Made by a program: the position numbers and the translations under genes
Notes under the pieces: generated by a model
Databases searched by the model: none
The model's input: the letters and a program-made list of their open reading frames with translations, nothing else
Told to the model about the DNA's origin: nothing
Source: a virus
Length of the DNA: 64,000 nucleotides
Virus record (IMG/VR): IMGVR_UViG_3300002219_000003
Location: 17,499-81,498 of that record
Direction: 5' to 3' (one strand)
Shown here: positions 8,756 to 18,587 of the stretch, piece after piece
Numbering within the stretch: the stretch's first letter is position 1
Layout: every line of letters begins with the position of its first letter

Positions 8756-9373
8756 ATGTTACCCGCAAAAAAATATTCTTCAGAGATTCTTAACCAGGTC
8801 AAAAAGTCGGGCACTACAATCGACCGGATTTGGGCCTGGTATATTTTTGGTGAAACACAAATCGAGTTAACCCAGAAAGAAGTTGAAATTAAGCAACGCC
8901 TTAGCGAAACATTTTCGTTGCTGTGTAACTACCATTCTCCGGAACAAGCTAAGCCAATTATCAGGGAAAAGTATGGAATATCGGAGTCGCAGTTTTATAG
9001 AGATTTACGCGATAGTAAGCGACTTTATGGCGATGTAACAGAATCGTCAAGGGCTGCTGATAGGTATATTTATGCCGAGTTGGCAATGAAAACATTCCAG
9101 CTGGCAGCCAAGGAGAAAAATATCGACGGAATGAATAAGGCTTTGGCTAACCTAATCAAAATAAAAGAACTCGATAAAAGCGACGATAATGAGCTATCGC
9201 AAGAGGATTTACAAAGCCATAATTACTACATGGTAATATCGATTGGAAACAAACCGGTAAAAATTGATTTGAATAAAATTGATGGGATGCATCCGGCTAA
9301 CCGAAAAAAACTTGCCGATATGATTGGAGGGGAAATAACCGAAATTGAGGCAGAAGAAATAATGAATAAATAA
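8756..9373 (+). CDS. Probable terminase small subunit
   Basis: HTH-like KYGISESQFYRD; abuts terL. Confidence 0.6.
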   Translation: MLPAKKYSSEILNQVKKSGTTIDRIWAWYIFGETQIELTQKEVEIKQRLSETFSLLCNYHSPEQAKPIIREKYGISESQFYRDLRDSKRLYGDVTESSRAADRYIYAELAMKTFQLAAKEKNIDGMNKALANLIKIKELDKSDDNELSQEDLQSHNYYMVISIGNKPVKIDLNKIDGMHPANRKKLADMIGGEITEIEAEEIMNK

Positions 9374-11034
9374 TGGCTGCAAAGGAAATAGTATTTAATC
9401 CTGCTCAATTACACTCTATTGTATTATCACCAAAACATGAAGTTCAGGTTTGGGGTCGTGGTACCGGCAAATCAAGCATTACGGCATGGAAAATACAACG
9501 TATTATTAAACAAATGCCACGCTCATCGAGCGTAATAACCGGTAAAACATACACCCAGATACTTCAGCGAACGCTTCCACCAATGATATCATTTATGGAG
9601 CGAATAGGATATATTCGCAATAAATCTTACTTTATTGGCGATAAACCTCCGGCATCGTGGGAACTTCCAACCGAAGCCCCTGTGAAAGATTTTTCACGAT
9701 ATTTAATTTTTGGTACGCCAAAAGGTTCTGTCGGTTTTCATTTAGCATCACAGGATAGGGCAGGATTAAGTCGTGGTTTAAACACAGATTTTGAGATAAC
9801 AGATGAGTCATTGACAATTAACATTGATCAGTACAATAAGGAAATCCATGCGACAAATCGTGGAAACCTCGATAAATTTGGACATATATCATTCCATCAC
9901 GGTTCCCACCATTGTTCATCAATGCCTTATACTGCCGAGGGCAAATGGCTAATTGAAAATGGCAATTACTACATGGAGGAGCGGGGAATCAGGCTATTTG
10001 AAACGTGGAATAAAATCGTACGGATGCAAATAGATTTGTTAGAGATAACAAACCCAGCCGAGTTTAAATCGCATTGGAATGAGATTAACCGTGTAAAGCA
10101 AGCAATATCACCATTTATAAGCAGGGATGGCGTGTTATTTAGCCTTGCTAATGCTTTTGATAATATTCAAAATGTTGGATTATCTTATATTAAGGAGCAA
10201 TACCGTTCGTTACCTCGCCTTACTTTCCTTATCGAAATAATGAATATGTTTATGGATAAGGTGGAAGATGCTTACTATCAGTTTGAAAGTTCAAAGCACT
10301 TCTATTACGATTCTTATAACTATTCGCACATTGATTCGCTCGACTATAATTTTGCCAAGTTAGGCAGTCCGTCCAGCCAGTTTGATGCCGATTGTGATGC
10401 TTACTCTCCTATTTTGGTTGTTACTGATTTAGGTGCAAACATATCGGTAATGTTATCGTGTCAGGTTAATTCATTAGTCAATGAGGGTATTGAAACATTT
10501 AACTTCTTAAAAGAATTCTACGTTAAGCCGGAAACCGGCAAGGTAATGATTGATGAGCTGGTTGATTCGTTCTGCCAATACTACAAGTATCATCACAATA
10601 AAACCGTTATTCTATTTAAGGATAAGTACGGCGACGAAGGGCGCGCCAACAGTTCCGACACCTACAACGACCAAATCATTAAACGATTTATTGTTAACGG
10701 TTGGAATATTTCCATTGTGGATTATCCAGGCAAAGAACCACCGCATCATGAGAAGTATTTGCTATGGGCAAATATCTTAAAAGAGAATAACAAGGGATTA
10801 CCTAAGGTACGCATTAATGGTAATAATTGTAAGAGTTTCATTATCGCGCTTAACAATACTCGTGTTGTTGAGAAAGATAATAAGTTTACGAAGGATAAAA
10901 GCAGTGAGCATAAGAATTCAAGGGTACCACAGGAGGAAGCAACTCACTCTACCGATGCTGCTGACAAAATTGTTTGGATATATGTTAACTACTACAAAAC
11001 TCGTAATGAATCATTCGTAGCTGCAAGGATATAG
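9373..11034 (+). CDS. terL: Terminase large subunit
   Basis: Walker A WGRGTGKS, Walker B ITDE, nuclease acidic residues TDLG and THSTDAAD. Confidence 0.9.
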   Translation: MAAKEIVFNPAQLHSIVLSPKHEVQVWGRGTGKSSITAWKIQRIIKQMPRSSSVITGKTYTQILQRTLPPMISFMERIGYIRNKSYFIGDKPPASWELPTEAPVKDFSRYLIFGTPKGSVGFHLASQDRAGLSRGLNTDFEITDESLTINIDQYNKEIHATNRGNLDKFGHISFHHGSHHCSSMPYTAEGKWLIENGNYYMEERGIRLFETWNKIVRMQIDLLEITNPAEFKSHWNEINRVKQAISPFISRDGVLFSLANAFDNIQNVGLSYIKEQYRSLPRLTFLIEIMNMFMDKVEDAYYQFESSKHFYYDSYNYSHIDSLDYNFAKLGSPSSQFDADCDAYSPILVVTDLGANISVMLSCQVNSLVNEGIETFNFLKEFYVKPETGKVMIDELVDSFCQYYKYHHNKTVILFKDKYGDEGRANSSDTYNDQIIKRFIVNGWNISIVDYPGKEPPHHEKYLLWANILKENNKGLPKVRINGNNCKSFIIALNNTRVVEKDNKFTKDKSSEHKNSRVPQEEATHSTDAADKIVWIYVNYYKTRNESFVAARI

Positions 11035-11058
11035 GCAACTGCCATGCTACATACATAT

Positions 11059-11083
11059 AAAGCGCACTGTTTGTGCGCTTTTT
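11059..11083 (+). terminator. Rho-independent terminator
   Basis: AAAGCGCAC-tgttt-GTGCGCTTT followed by TT. Confidence 0.8.
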
Positions 11084-11240
11084 ACGTATCATATATCTGG
11101 GGTAGATTTTTAAGCAGTTGCCATTTTTTGTAGGGCGGAGGCGAGATCAACTTCGTGAAAACTGTAATTTTTAACTTAACTTTTATAGTTAAAGTTTTTA
11201 ATATCAAAATATTATACTAAAAAAAAATGAGATTTTAACT

Positions 11241-11276
11241 TGTCCTTTTTTTTGGGTGGCTTAAGGTTCATTTTTG
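11241..11276 (+). promoter_or_regulatory. Putative phage late promoter (copy 3)
   Basis: TGTCCTTT...TTTG with the same spacing as copy 1. Confidence 0.6.
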
Positions 11277-11287
11277 AATAAAAAAAG

Positions 11288-11566
11288 ATGGCTAAAACAA
11301 TTCATCTATCAGAAGTTTTAAATGAACTGGATATTAAGATAGATGCGTTTAATAGACCTGTTTATTTTTCTGTTGCTTTTATTATTGCCGATGGACGTTA
11401 CGTGTATCTGAATAAAGCTTACTCGGTTGGTTCCAGGGTTAACATGAAAAAAAATAGTATTAAAGGTTTTCAACCGGTGGATGGCAACGGAGAAAAAATA
11501 GGGCATATATACCAGCCATTAATTTGGGCTATTGTTGAATTTAATGGGAAGCCAGTATCGCTATGA
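11288..11566 (+). CDS. Hypothetical phage protein preceding portal
   Basis: 92-aa ORF; ATGA overlap with portal. Confidence 0.65.
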   Translation: MAKTIHLSEVLNELDIKIDAFNRPVYFSVAFIIADGRYVYLNKAYSVGSRVNMKKNSIKGFQPVDGNGEKIGHIYQPLIWAIVEFNGKPVSL

Positions 11567-12915
11567 GCCATATTGATTTTGATAAAAATGGAAATCCTTC
11601 TTTTGCGGTTGTCTCAAACGCAATTATCACTTCGCTGAGAAATGTGTTGGAACAAACTGTTGTTAAGTCGGATAGCAAAGAACGTGAAATCTCTATTGGT
11701 AATTATGAGGTAGCCCCTTGGTTTGACCCTGATAATAATTACCCCAACAAACTTGCTGTTGACTATCTAAGTAAAAGTGAGGCTTTGGCCAGCGCTATTG
11801 ACTATAAGACAAAAATATGCCTTTCGCAAGGATTCTATGCTGTTAACGTTGAGTCTATTGACGTTGATGGAAACGAAACGTTGGTACCAATTATTGATAC
11901 AGATGTAAACAAATTCTTGCGTTCTCCTATGATTCGGCGATTTGCGCTTGATGCCTATAAAAGCCTATTTTCCTACGGTATGGCTTTCCCGCAAATTGTT
12001 ACTACAAAGAACGGGGGCATATACAGCGCAAGTGTTTTTAAGGCAAAGAATTGTCGGTTGCAAAAGCGCAAAGAAGGTAAATCTGAAATTGAAAACTTAC
12101 TTCTACTCCCTAATTGGGAAGTAAAGGATGATAAGGCTTTACAAACAGTTAAAGTGCTTAACTCTTTATCGTGGAATACTGATGATAATATTGACAGGGC
12201 AAGGAAATTAGGTAAATTCTGTGTTCCACTTGGACTTGGTAGCGCAATGAATAGTTACTACTCCGAGGCGCCTTGGGATGTTGCTCGCAATAGTGGTACG
12301 CTTGATATGAGTTTAAAGATTGCCGAATACCTTGATAAGATGTTCGACAATCAGATGAGTATTAAGTATCATATCAAAATACCTTATGCATACTGGAATA
12401 AGAAATTTCCTTTGGAAGATTATCCCACTCCGGAAAAGAAACAGGAACGCCAAAAGTTAATTGAAGCAGAGATTAATAAGATTGAGACTTCTCTAACCGA
12501 GGCTAAGAGTGCACGTAAAGCGTTGATAACACACTTTGAAATTGGCAGAAATGGCACAGCCGAAGAGCAGTGGGTTGTAGATGTGATTGATGATAAGTTT
12601 AAAAACGATCAGTATTTACCACATTCGGCGAGTGCAACAGCAGGAATATTCACATCAATGGGTATTAATCCTGCTGTAAAAGGTTTAGCTATGGCCGCTG
12701 GACCTTATGCTAATAACCAGGGCGGAAGTAATATCCGCGAGGCATTCCTTATTGATATAGCACTAAGTTGGGTTGATAGGCAGGAAGTTAACGATTTGAT
12801 TGAACTATTGCTACACTTGCAGTTTCCGAAATACAAAGATGCAGAAGTAAGAACAAGAATAATGGTGCTTACAACATTAGATACAGGTTCACAATCAAAA
12901 ATGGGTAGTATATGA
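11563..12915 (+). CDS. Portal protein
   Basis: 450 aa; DNNYP, YYSEAPW and GGSNIREAF patterns typical of Bacteroidetes phage portals; downstream of terL. Confidence 0.75.
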   Translation: MSHIDFDKNGNPSFAVVSNAIITSLRNVLEQTVVKSDSKEREISIGNYEVAPWFDPDNNYPNKLAVDYLSKSEALASAIDYKTKICLSQGFYAVNVESIDVDGNETLVPIIDTDVNKFLRSPMIRRFALDAYKSLFSYGMAFPQIVTTKNGGIYSASVFKAKNCRLQKRKEGKSEIENLLLLPNWEVKDDKALQTVKVLNSLSWNTDDNIDRARKLGKFCVPLGLGSAMNSYYSEAPWDVARNSGTLDMSLKIAEYLDKMFDNQMSIKYHIKIPYAYWNKKFPLEDYPTPEKKQERQKLIEAEINKIETSLTEAKSARKALITHFEIGRNGTAEEQWVVDVIDDKFKNDQYLPHSASATAGIFTSMGINPAVKGLAMAAGPYANNQGGSNIREAFLIDIALSWVDRQEVNDLIELLLHLQFPKYKDAEVRTRIMVLTTLDTGSQSKMGSI

Positions 12916-13898
12916 TAATTAGAAACACAGCCGAGGTCAGGCAGCATTTGCCGGCAAACATAAACCTATCGATTGATGGTTTAAAACCATTTATTGAAAT
13001 AGTTGAGCAAAAATATTTAGTTAAGGTCCTTGGACAGGAGCAGTACGATATTATTAATGAATATGCAAATCAGAACATATTTGATGCCGATAAGGATGCA
13101 CTTATTAAACAGTGTATTCCACCCGTTGTATTTCTTTCGGTACTTGAAGGTTTTGATTTGTTAAATGTTGAGCTGTCGGATTCTGGGTTTAAACGTAGCG
13201 AAGGTGAAACTAAAAAGAGCTTATTTGGATACCAGGAACGAAATATCAAAGCATTTTTAAAAAATGCTGGTTTTAATGGTCTTGAAACGCTGCTTAAATT
13301 CCTTGAAGATAATATTTTGACATATACCGTTTGGGCTGATTCCGATGAATGCACTAACGCATACGACTCATTGATACGCAACGCCACGGAATTTACTAAG
13401 TTTTGGGTGCAGCTTAAAGGTTCGGCTATCGTGTTTAAGCAGCTAAAATCCGCAATGCAACGCGCTGAGGATTTCCAAATACGTGTCGTTGTAGGCAATA
13501 CTTTAATTGATAAAATTAAGGAACTGATTAAAGACCGCGATATTGATAACCCTATAAATGAAAAATACAAATTGCTTCTGCCGTACATTCAAAAGCCACT
13601 GGCCTATTTTACCATTTATGAGGGTGCCGATGAGCTTGGTGCAAAGCTAACCGATAAAGGTTTATATTTTGAGCAGGTTGATGCTGGACTTATTCCTGAT
13701 AATATTTCCGAAACATCGCCAACTGATAAAATCGCAATTATTAAAGAGCAGGCTTACGGTAATGGCAAGCGTTACATTGCCACTCTTCTTGATTACTTAA
13801 AGTTGCATTCAGCTGAATTTGAAACTGAATATACTTCAGTATCAACAGTAATTGAAGTGGCAGATCAAACGGATAAGAAAATTTATACAGCGTACTAA
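12912..13898 (+). CDS. DUF6712-like head-tail connector protein
   Basis: LKPFIEIVEQKYLVKVLG; two-repeat architecture; follows portal. Confidence 0.6.
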   Translation: MIIRNTAEVRQHLPANINLSIDGLKPFIEIVEQKYLVKVLGQEQYDIINEYANQNIFDADKDALIKQCIPPVVFLSVLEGFDLLNVELSDSGFKRSEGETKKSLFGYQERNIKAFLKNAGFNGLETLLKFLEDNILTYTVWADSDECTNAYDSLIRNATEFTKFWVQLKGSAIVFKQLKSAMQRAEDFQIRVVVGNTLIDKIKELIKDRDIDNPINEKYKLLLPYIQKPLAYFTIYEGADELGAKLTDKGLYFEQVDAGLIPDNISETSPTDKIAIIKEQAYGNGKRYIATLLDYLKLHSAEFETEYTSVSTVIEVADQTDKKIYTAY

Positions 13899-13899
13899 T

Positions 13900-14226
13900 A
13901 TGAGCATAACTGCAGGACAAATATTTAAAAAGATTCTTCAGTTTGATAATGAAGAAACAGGAGAACCAATCGGTATTGATTTAATTGCCGATATGGATTT
14001 GAGGCTATACACTGAACGTAGCCGGCAGATTGTTAAATTAATTGTTGGTAGTGGTATAACAAAAACAGGAGATGGACAATTTACTTTAGAAATTCCCGAA
14101 ACGGATACGATTAAGTTGAACGATTATGCTGACGATAACGCCTACTTGGAAGGTTATTTATTGCCATGCAAAGAACCAATTTTGATTGAATTGGGCAAAG
14201 TATTGAAAAACAAAGCAAATGATTAG
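13900..14226 (+). CDS. Hypothetical structural protein
   Basis: ORF 13852-14226, likely ATG at 13900. Confidence 0.55.
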   Translation: MSITAGQIFKKILQFDNEETGEPIGIDLIADMDLRLYTERSRQIVKLIVGSGITKTGDGQFTLEIPETDTIKLNDYADDNAYLEGYLLPCKEPILIELGKVLKNKAND

Positions 14227-15028
14227 GGTAAATATAGCTGATTCTAATCCAATTCGGGTAAGGATAAATGACGAAACAACCATTCGTGTATCAGTGTTTG
14301 ATTATTCCATTAAGGCATTATCTACAAGTTTTAATGAGCATATAACCGATAAGGAAAACCCACACCCAACTGATGTAGTGCAGGAATTTGCCGATGCACA
14401 GATAACTGCCCTAAAATCTGTTACATCAGGCGGTGAAATCCCCGACACCGACTACAACGCTTTTAAATCATTTTTTACTACCCTAATTGATAAATCCGTC
14501 AAGTCGTTTATACGAGGATTAATCGGCTGGGTACGGTCGTTATCGGAGAGGGTTGGGCTGCTTGAGGATAGTTACCTTTTGCGGTACGTTGTGCCGGTTG
14601 ACTGCGCTTTTTTTGAACTGACAACAGACAAGTATGGCAGACCTTTCAATTTTCAGGAGGGTGAGGAAATTGAAATTAGTTTCAGAATTAAGCCATTTCC
14701 AGGAGGGATTAACTCTCGGATCAATATGAGAGTTAATGGCATTGAAACGGCTAATTACAACTGGGCAAATATGTATGGTCTTGCCCATATTGCTACAGCA
14801 GGAGCGAATTATTACGGTCAATCCACAGTGTTAAAATTAAAAATAATAGTTGGTGAGTTGAATGGTTATATGATGACAATGCCTTTTACTGATGAAAATA
14901 CATCAACACAGGCTTACGGTATTAGCAGTCAAGGTCTTAATCTTAGTGCAATTAATTCAATAAAGTTATGGTCGCAAGCTACAGCAGTTGTGCCCGCAGG
15001 TTTCACGGTTTTAGTAAAAAAATTATAA
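14219..15028 (+). CDS. Putative tail fibre/receptor-binding-like protein
   Basis: HITDKENPH motif common in fibre proteins; beta-rich C-term. Confidence 0.45.
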   Translation: MIRVNIADSNPIRVRINDETTIRVSVFDYSIKALSTSFNEHITDKENPHPTDVVQEFADAQITALKSVTSGGEIPDTDYNAFKSFFTTLIDKSVKSFIRGLIGWVRSLSERVGLLEDSYLLRYVVPVDCAFFELTTDKYGRPFNFQEGEEIEISFRIKPFPGGINSRINMRVNGIETANYNWANMYGLAHIATAGANYYGQSTVLKLKIIVGELNGYMMTMPFTDENTSTQAYGISSQGLNLSAINSIKLWSQATAVVPAGFTVLVKKL

Positions 15029-15031
15029 ATT

Positions 15032-15331
15032 ATGAAAATCGCTTATCAGAACAGCAAAGGAAAGCCCGCTGTTCGGGAGGCAACCCCCGAAGAGTTGGCA
15101 GCAATGCAGATAGAGCAAAGTGATTGGATGTACCCTTACCCGATAAGGATAGTTGCACCCAAAATGCTTGCGTTACAATACCAGCAAATATACGTATGGT
15201 TTCAGATGAATAACCTACCCGTCGAAGTTATTGGCGACTTGGCGCATTTGTATTGCAATGAAATCATGCCTGAACATCAGACTATAATTGATGCTAATAG
15301 CAGTAAAATTAAAATAGAGTATAAACCATAA
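15032..15331 (+). CDS. Hypothetical protein (possible fibre-associated chaperone)
   Basis: VREATPEEL motif; follows the fibre-like gene; spans the composition shift. Confidence 0.5.
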   Translation: MKIAYQNSKGKPAVREATPEELAAMQIEQSDWMYPYPIRIVAPKMLALQYQQIYVWFQMNNLPVEVIGDLAHLYCNEIMPEHQTIIDANSSKIKIEYKP

Positions 15332-15350
15332 GAAATTTTATCAGGACGGA

Positions 15351-15382
15351 GTTATAAATATAGAATTTTTATATTAACTTTG
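15351..15382 (+). promoter_or_regulatory. Possible Bacteroidetes sigma-A promoter
   Basis: TAACTTTG at 15375-15382; weak GTTA 20 nt upstream. Confidence 0.45.
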
Positions 15383-15404
15383 TACTTTAAAAGATTACAG
15401 GTAT

Positions 15405-15656
15405 ATGAAAGCATTGCTAAAAGAATTACTATCATCCCAAAAAGGAACCTACTCCAGTACAAGAGCAGTATTCATAACTATTACCATAGTTGTAGTGATA
15501 ACATTGTTAACTTTGAATACTTACATTATAATAAATGCTACTAATGGTAATCCCATTGACTGGGAGGGTATGTCACTATTTGCTTTAACTGCTGTTAGTT
15601 TCTTGGTTACTACTGGAGTTGTTAAGTATAAACAGAAAAACTATGAAAAGGATTGA
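15405..15656 (+). CDS. Putative holin
   Basis: 83 aa, two hydrophobic segments, basic C-tail, YSSTR motif. Confidence 0.55.
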   Translation: MKALLKELLSSQKGTYSSTRAVFITITIVVVITLLTLNTYIIINATNGNPIDWEGMSLFALTAVSFLVTTGVVKYKQKNYEKD

Positions 15657-16239
15657 GGTATTACTGCTACTATTTTTAGGTGTTATAGTAGCCACATTTT
15701 TTATAACCAGAAATTACTACCTGAATAGTGATAGTAGCAACGCTTCATCTGTAACTGCAACAAGGGATACTATATGGATACATGATACAACTATTAGGGT
15801 AGAATTTATTGATAGGCCTATTCCTACAGATAGTATCATAATCCCCATTACTCCAGAGATGATACCCAGTAACTGTGATTCTCTAACTGACCTTTACAAG
15901 GGATTACTTCATTTATACATGATTAAAAGAAGTTATACTTCCGTTTATCATATTGATACTTTAAATGTAAAGGGAACATTTAACATTGAAACACAGGTTT
16001 TTGAGAATAAACTTGATAATATAAAGTTTGAATATTCTTTACTGACAAGGAGTATGGAGGTAAATAGTACCGTTGTAAAGAATAACTGGTATATGTATGG
16101 TAAAACTGATTTTAAGTCTGTAGATTTGGGTATAGCAAGAACACATGGTAACTATATTTTTACTGCTACCTATAATCCTACATATAGAACAGTTTCTTTA
16201 GGTGTTGGGTATAACCTACAAAGACTAAAACTATGGTAA
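15643..16239 (+). CDS. Membrane-anchored protein, possible spanin
   Basis: N-terminal TM, RDTIWIHDT; next to holin-like gene; likely ATG at 15643. Confidence 0.45.
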   Translation: MKRIEVLLLLFLGVIVATFFITRNYYLNSDSSNASSVTATRDTIWIHDTTIRVEFIDRPIPTDSIIIPITPEMIPSNCDSLTDLYKGLLHLYMIKRSYTSVYHIDTLNVKGTFNIETQVFENKLDNIKFEYSLLTRSMEVNSTVVKNNWYMYGKTDFKSVDLGIARTHGNYIFTATYNPTYRTVSLGVGYNLQRLKLW

Positions 16240-16940
16240 GAACTTTAAATGAGTTGGTATATGAGATAATAGAACTATATAGACCTAACTATGTGGTTAC
16301 TGATTCTATAGATGAGAGATTGGTTGCTACCTGGATACAGAGTGTTAGAGCAAAGATACTAGTACAGGATTTAAATAAATCCATGAGGTATCCAGATAAT
16401 CACTGTATTCAGGATTTAGGTGTGGTAGAAATGATTCCAGTGGATAGTACTTACCTAAATGAGAGTACCCAGGGAAAGACAATTCTAGCATCAAGGTTGG
16501 ATTTACCTAGTCCACTTCATACTAAGTATGGTCCTACCTTTACAAGAATTGGTCCTGCTGATAGGTTAAATTTTGGGTATAGGATATTACCAAGGGAAAG
16601 AGCCTTAATAGCAGGGAATGGTAAATTTAACTCTGAGGAGATATATGCCTTTTGGGATAATAGGAAGATATTTCTGATTAGCAAGAATGGCATACATAAG
16701 CAGGTAGTTTTTATTCAGGTATCTGGAATATTTGCTAATCCAATAGAGGCTTGGGAATTTGCTCATCCTGGAGAGACATATAGCTGGGATTATGAGTATC
16801 CAGTAAGTGAGCATGTGGTAACCGATATGAAGAATATGATTGTTCAGGATAATCTTAAATTTATTTTAACTCCATTTGCTGATACTAAGCCAAACAGTAC
16901 TGATGGTATAGTTTTACCAGAACAACAGGATGAAACCTAA
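16233..16940 (+). CDS. crAss-like tail ring/structural protein
   Basis: TLNELVYEI...ID.R...VSGIFANP...YP pattern of crAss-like ring proteins. Confidence 0.6.
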   Translation: MVRTLNELVYEIIELYRPNYVVTDSIDERLVATWIQSVRAKILVQDLNKSMRYPDNHCIQDLGVVEMIPVDSTYLNESTQGKTILASRLDLPSPLHTKYGPTFTRIGPADRLNFGYRILPRERALIAGNGKFNSEEIYAFWDNRKIFLISKNGIHKQVVFIQVSGIFANPIEAWEFAHPGETYSWDYEYPVSEHVVTDMKNMIVQDNLKFILTPFADTKPNSTDGIVLPEQQDET

Positions 16941-16951
16941 AAGTAAAGATT

Positions 16952-17500
16952 ATGTATTTTAGAAGAGGTAAAAGAAAGATTATTGCAGATTTTGGAGCAG
17001 GGGATATATACAAATTTTACAAGGAGAAGTATGGAAAGAATGCTTTATCCTCTGATAAATTTAGTACTATTTGGGAAAGGTATATAGATGTGAGACTACA
17101 AATGGTAATATTTGAAAATATGGATTTTCATCTCCCTGCCAGAATGGGGGAGATAGGAATTAGGCTAGGAGGTCAGGCTAACAGGATAACCAAGAATGAC
17201 AAATTTAAGTTTACTGTTGACTGGGGAGAAACAAAAGATAAGTGGAAAAGGATGTATCCAGATAAAAGTCCTGAAGAGATTAAGAGCATACCTAATAAAC
17301 CTCTAGCCTATGTGCTAAATGAAAGTACTGAGGGTAGAAAGGTTTACTGGAGATGGGAAAGGTTAACCTGTAACCATAAGAATTACACTGCTTACAGGAT
17401 AAAGATGACCAGAAAATGGAGTAATATGCTTTCTAACTATGTTAAACAAACCAATAAAATACAATACTATGAAGTTAGACATGCTAGTTCCAAACAGTAA
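16952..17500 (+). CDS. crAss-like IHF/HU-related DNA-binding protein
   Basis: FHLPARMGEIGIR, VDWGET; basic; typical position in the crAss tail cluster. Confidence 0.55.
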   Translation: MYFRRGKRKIIADFGAGDIYKFYKEKYGKNALSSDKFSTIWERYIDVRLQMVIFENMDFHLPARMGEIGIRLGGQANRITKNDKFKFTVDWGETKDKWKRMYPDKSPEEIKSIPNKPLAYVLNESTEGRKVYWRWERLTCNHKNYTAYRIKMTRKWSNMLSNYVKQTNKIQYYEVRHASSKQ

Positions 17501-17756
17501 AGGAACTAAAAGATGGGAAAAATCCATTGAGTCAGAAGGAGGAACAACTAGAAGGATGGTAGTGGAGGAGATTTTCAATGGATTTTTAATAACTATCAGC
17601 GTTACCAACTATAGAAGGGAACCCCCTATCAATAAGACGGAAAGAGTTTTTTCAAAGAAAAACCCCCTGGAAAATTCTAAATATACCATTAATAATGATG
17701 GTGATATTATGGGTGTTATAGAAGATTTCTTTAGTGATAAAAAACAGTTACTGTAA
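17469..17756 (+). CDS. Hypothetical protein
   Basis: ORF 17439-17756, likely ATG at 17469. Confidence 0.55.
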   Translation: MKLDMLVPNSKGTKRWEKSIESEGGTTRRMVVEEIFNGFLITISVTNYRREPPINKTERVFSKKNPLENSKYTINNDGDIMGVIEDFFSDKKQLL

Positions 17757-18586
17757 TGTTCTATGGAGAGTATACCCATATCAATGAGATTATAGAGAGA
17801 ATCTATAACAGGTATAGATTTGAAGAAATTGATAAGGATATTGTACTTGAAGCAGCCTGGATGGGAATTCTAAATTTGGGGGTTTCTGAATTCCTGGAAG
17901 ACTTTTCTTCTGATGTAACAGTGGAAAGTTACAGGGGATTAATGCCTTCAAATATAATAACCCTTAAAGGAATAAGGGATAAGGATAGTGGAGTAATACT
18001 AATTCCTTCATCCAATATATTCCTAGGTAAGGATATTGAGGAATCCCCTTTAAAAGATAAGACTTTTATAGCAGGTTACACTGTAACAGGAAAAGATACA
18101 GTGACAGAGTATCCTCCTGGAGTATATAATACAGAGGCAACTCTAGAACCAAACTATGCCTATGTAGAAAATATTCCTGGTAGCATTCCTAATATGGCAA
18201 ATTCTGTAGGCTACCAGATTAGGGGGAGGTATATATTCTGTGATTTATTCAGTGCTACCCTGGAAGTTGAGTATAAAGGATTTCCAGTATGGGACGATAA
18301 TACTCCTAAGATTCCTAATGACTCTAAGGTTATTGATTTTCTGGTAAACTATATCTCCAAGGAAATAGCCACTGCTCTATTTATGATAGATAAATTAAGT
18401 GGGGAGAAGTATAACCTAATTATGCAGAACAGTTACTTTTCTCAGGGAGCAGCGAGAAACAGAATACTAACACCTGATGATTCTACTGCTGAGGCTTACA
18501 GGAGAATGTTACAAAGGTTAATTCCTAAGCCAGGACTATTTACTAATGGATTTAAAGGATTAAATGATTCAGAAAGGTTAAGGTAG
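17756..18586 (+). CDS. Tail tubular/ring protein (P22 gp4-like, crAss type)
   Basis: LEVEYKGFPVWDDNTPKIPND motif; precedes the stabilization protein. Confidence 0.6.
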   Translation: MFYGEYTHINEIIERIYNRYRFEEIDKDIVLEAAWMGILNLGVSEFLEDFSSDVTVESYRGLMPSNIITLKGIRDKDSGVILIPSSNIFLGKDIEESPLKDKTFIAGYTVTGKDTVTEYPPGVYNTEATLEPNYAYVENIPGSIPNMANSVGYQIRGRYIFCDLFSATLEVEYKGFPVWDDNTPKIPNDSKVIDFLVNYISKEIATALFMIDKLSGEKYNLIMQNSYFSQGAARNRILTPDDSTAEAYRRMLQRLIPKPGLFTNGFKGLNDSERLR

Positions 18587-18587
18587 C

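Larger units (their letters stand above)
1..15331 (+). mobile_element. Segment of a Bacteroidetes temperate-type phage/prophage (methylase, head and packaging modules)
   Basis: Co-oriented Clp protease, capsid, tube, TerS, TerL, portal and connector genes; CpG frequent, unlike the downstream sequence. Confidence 0.8.
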
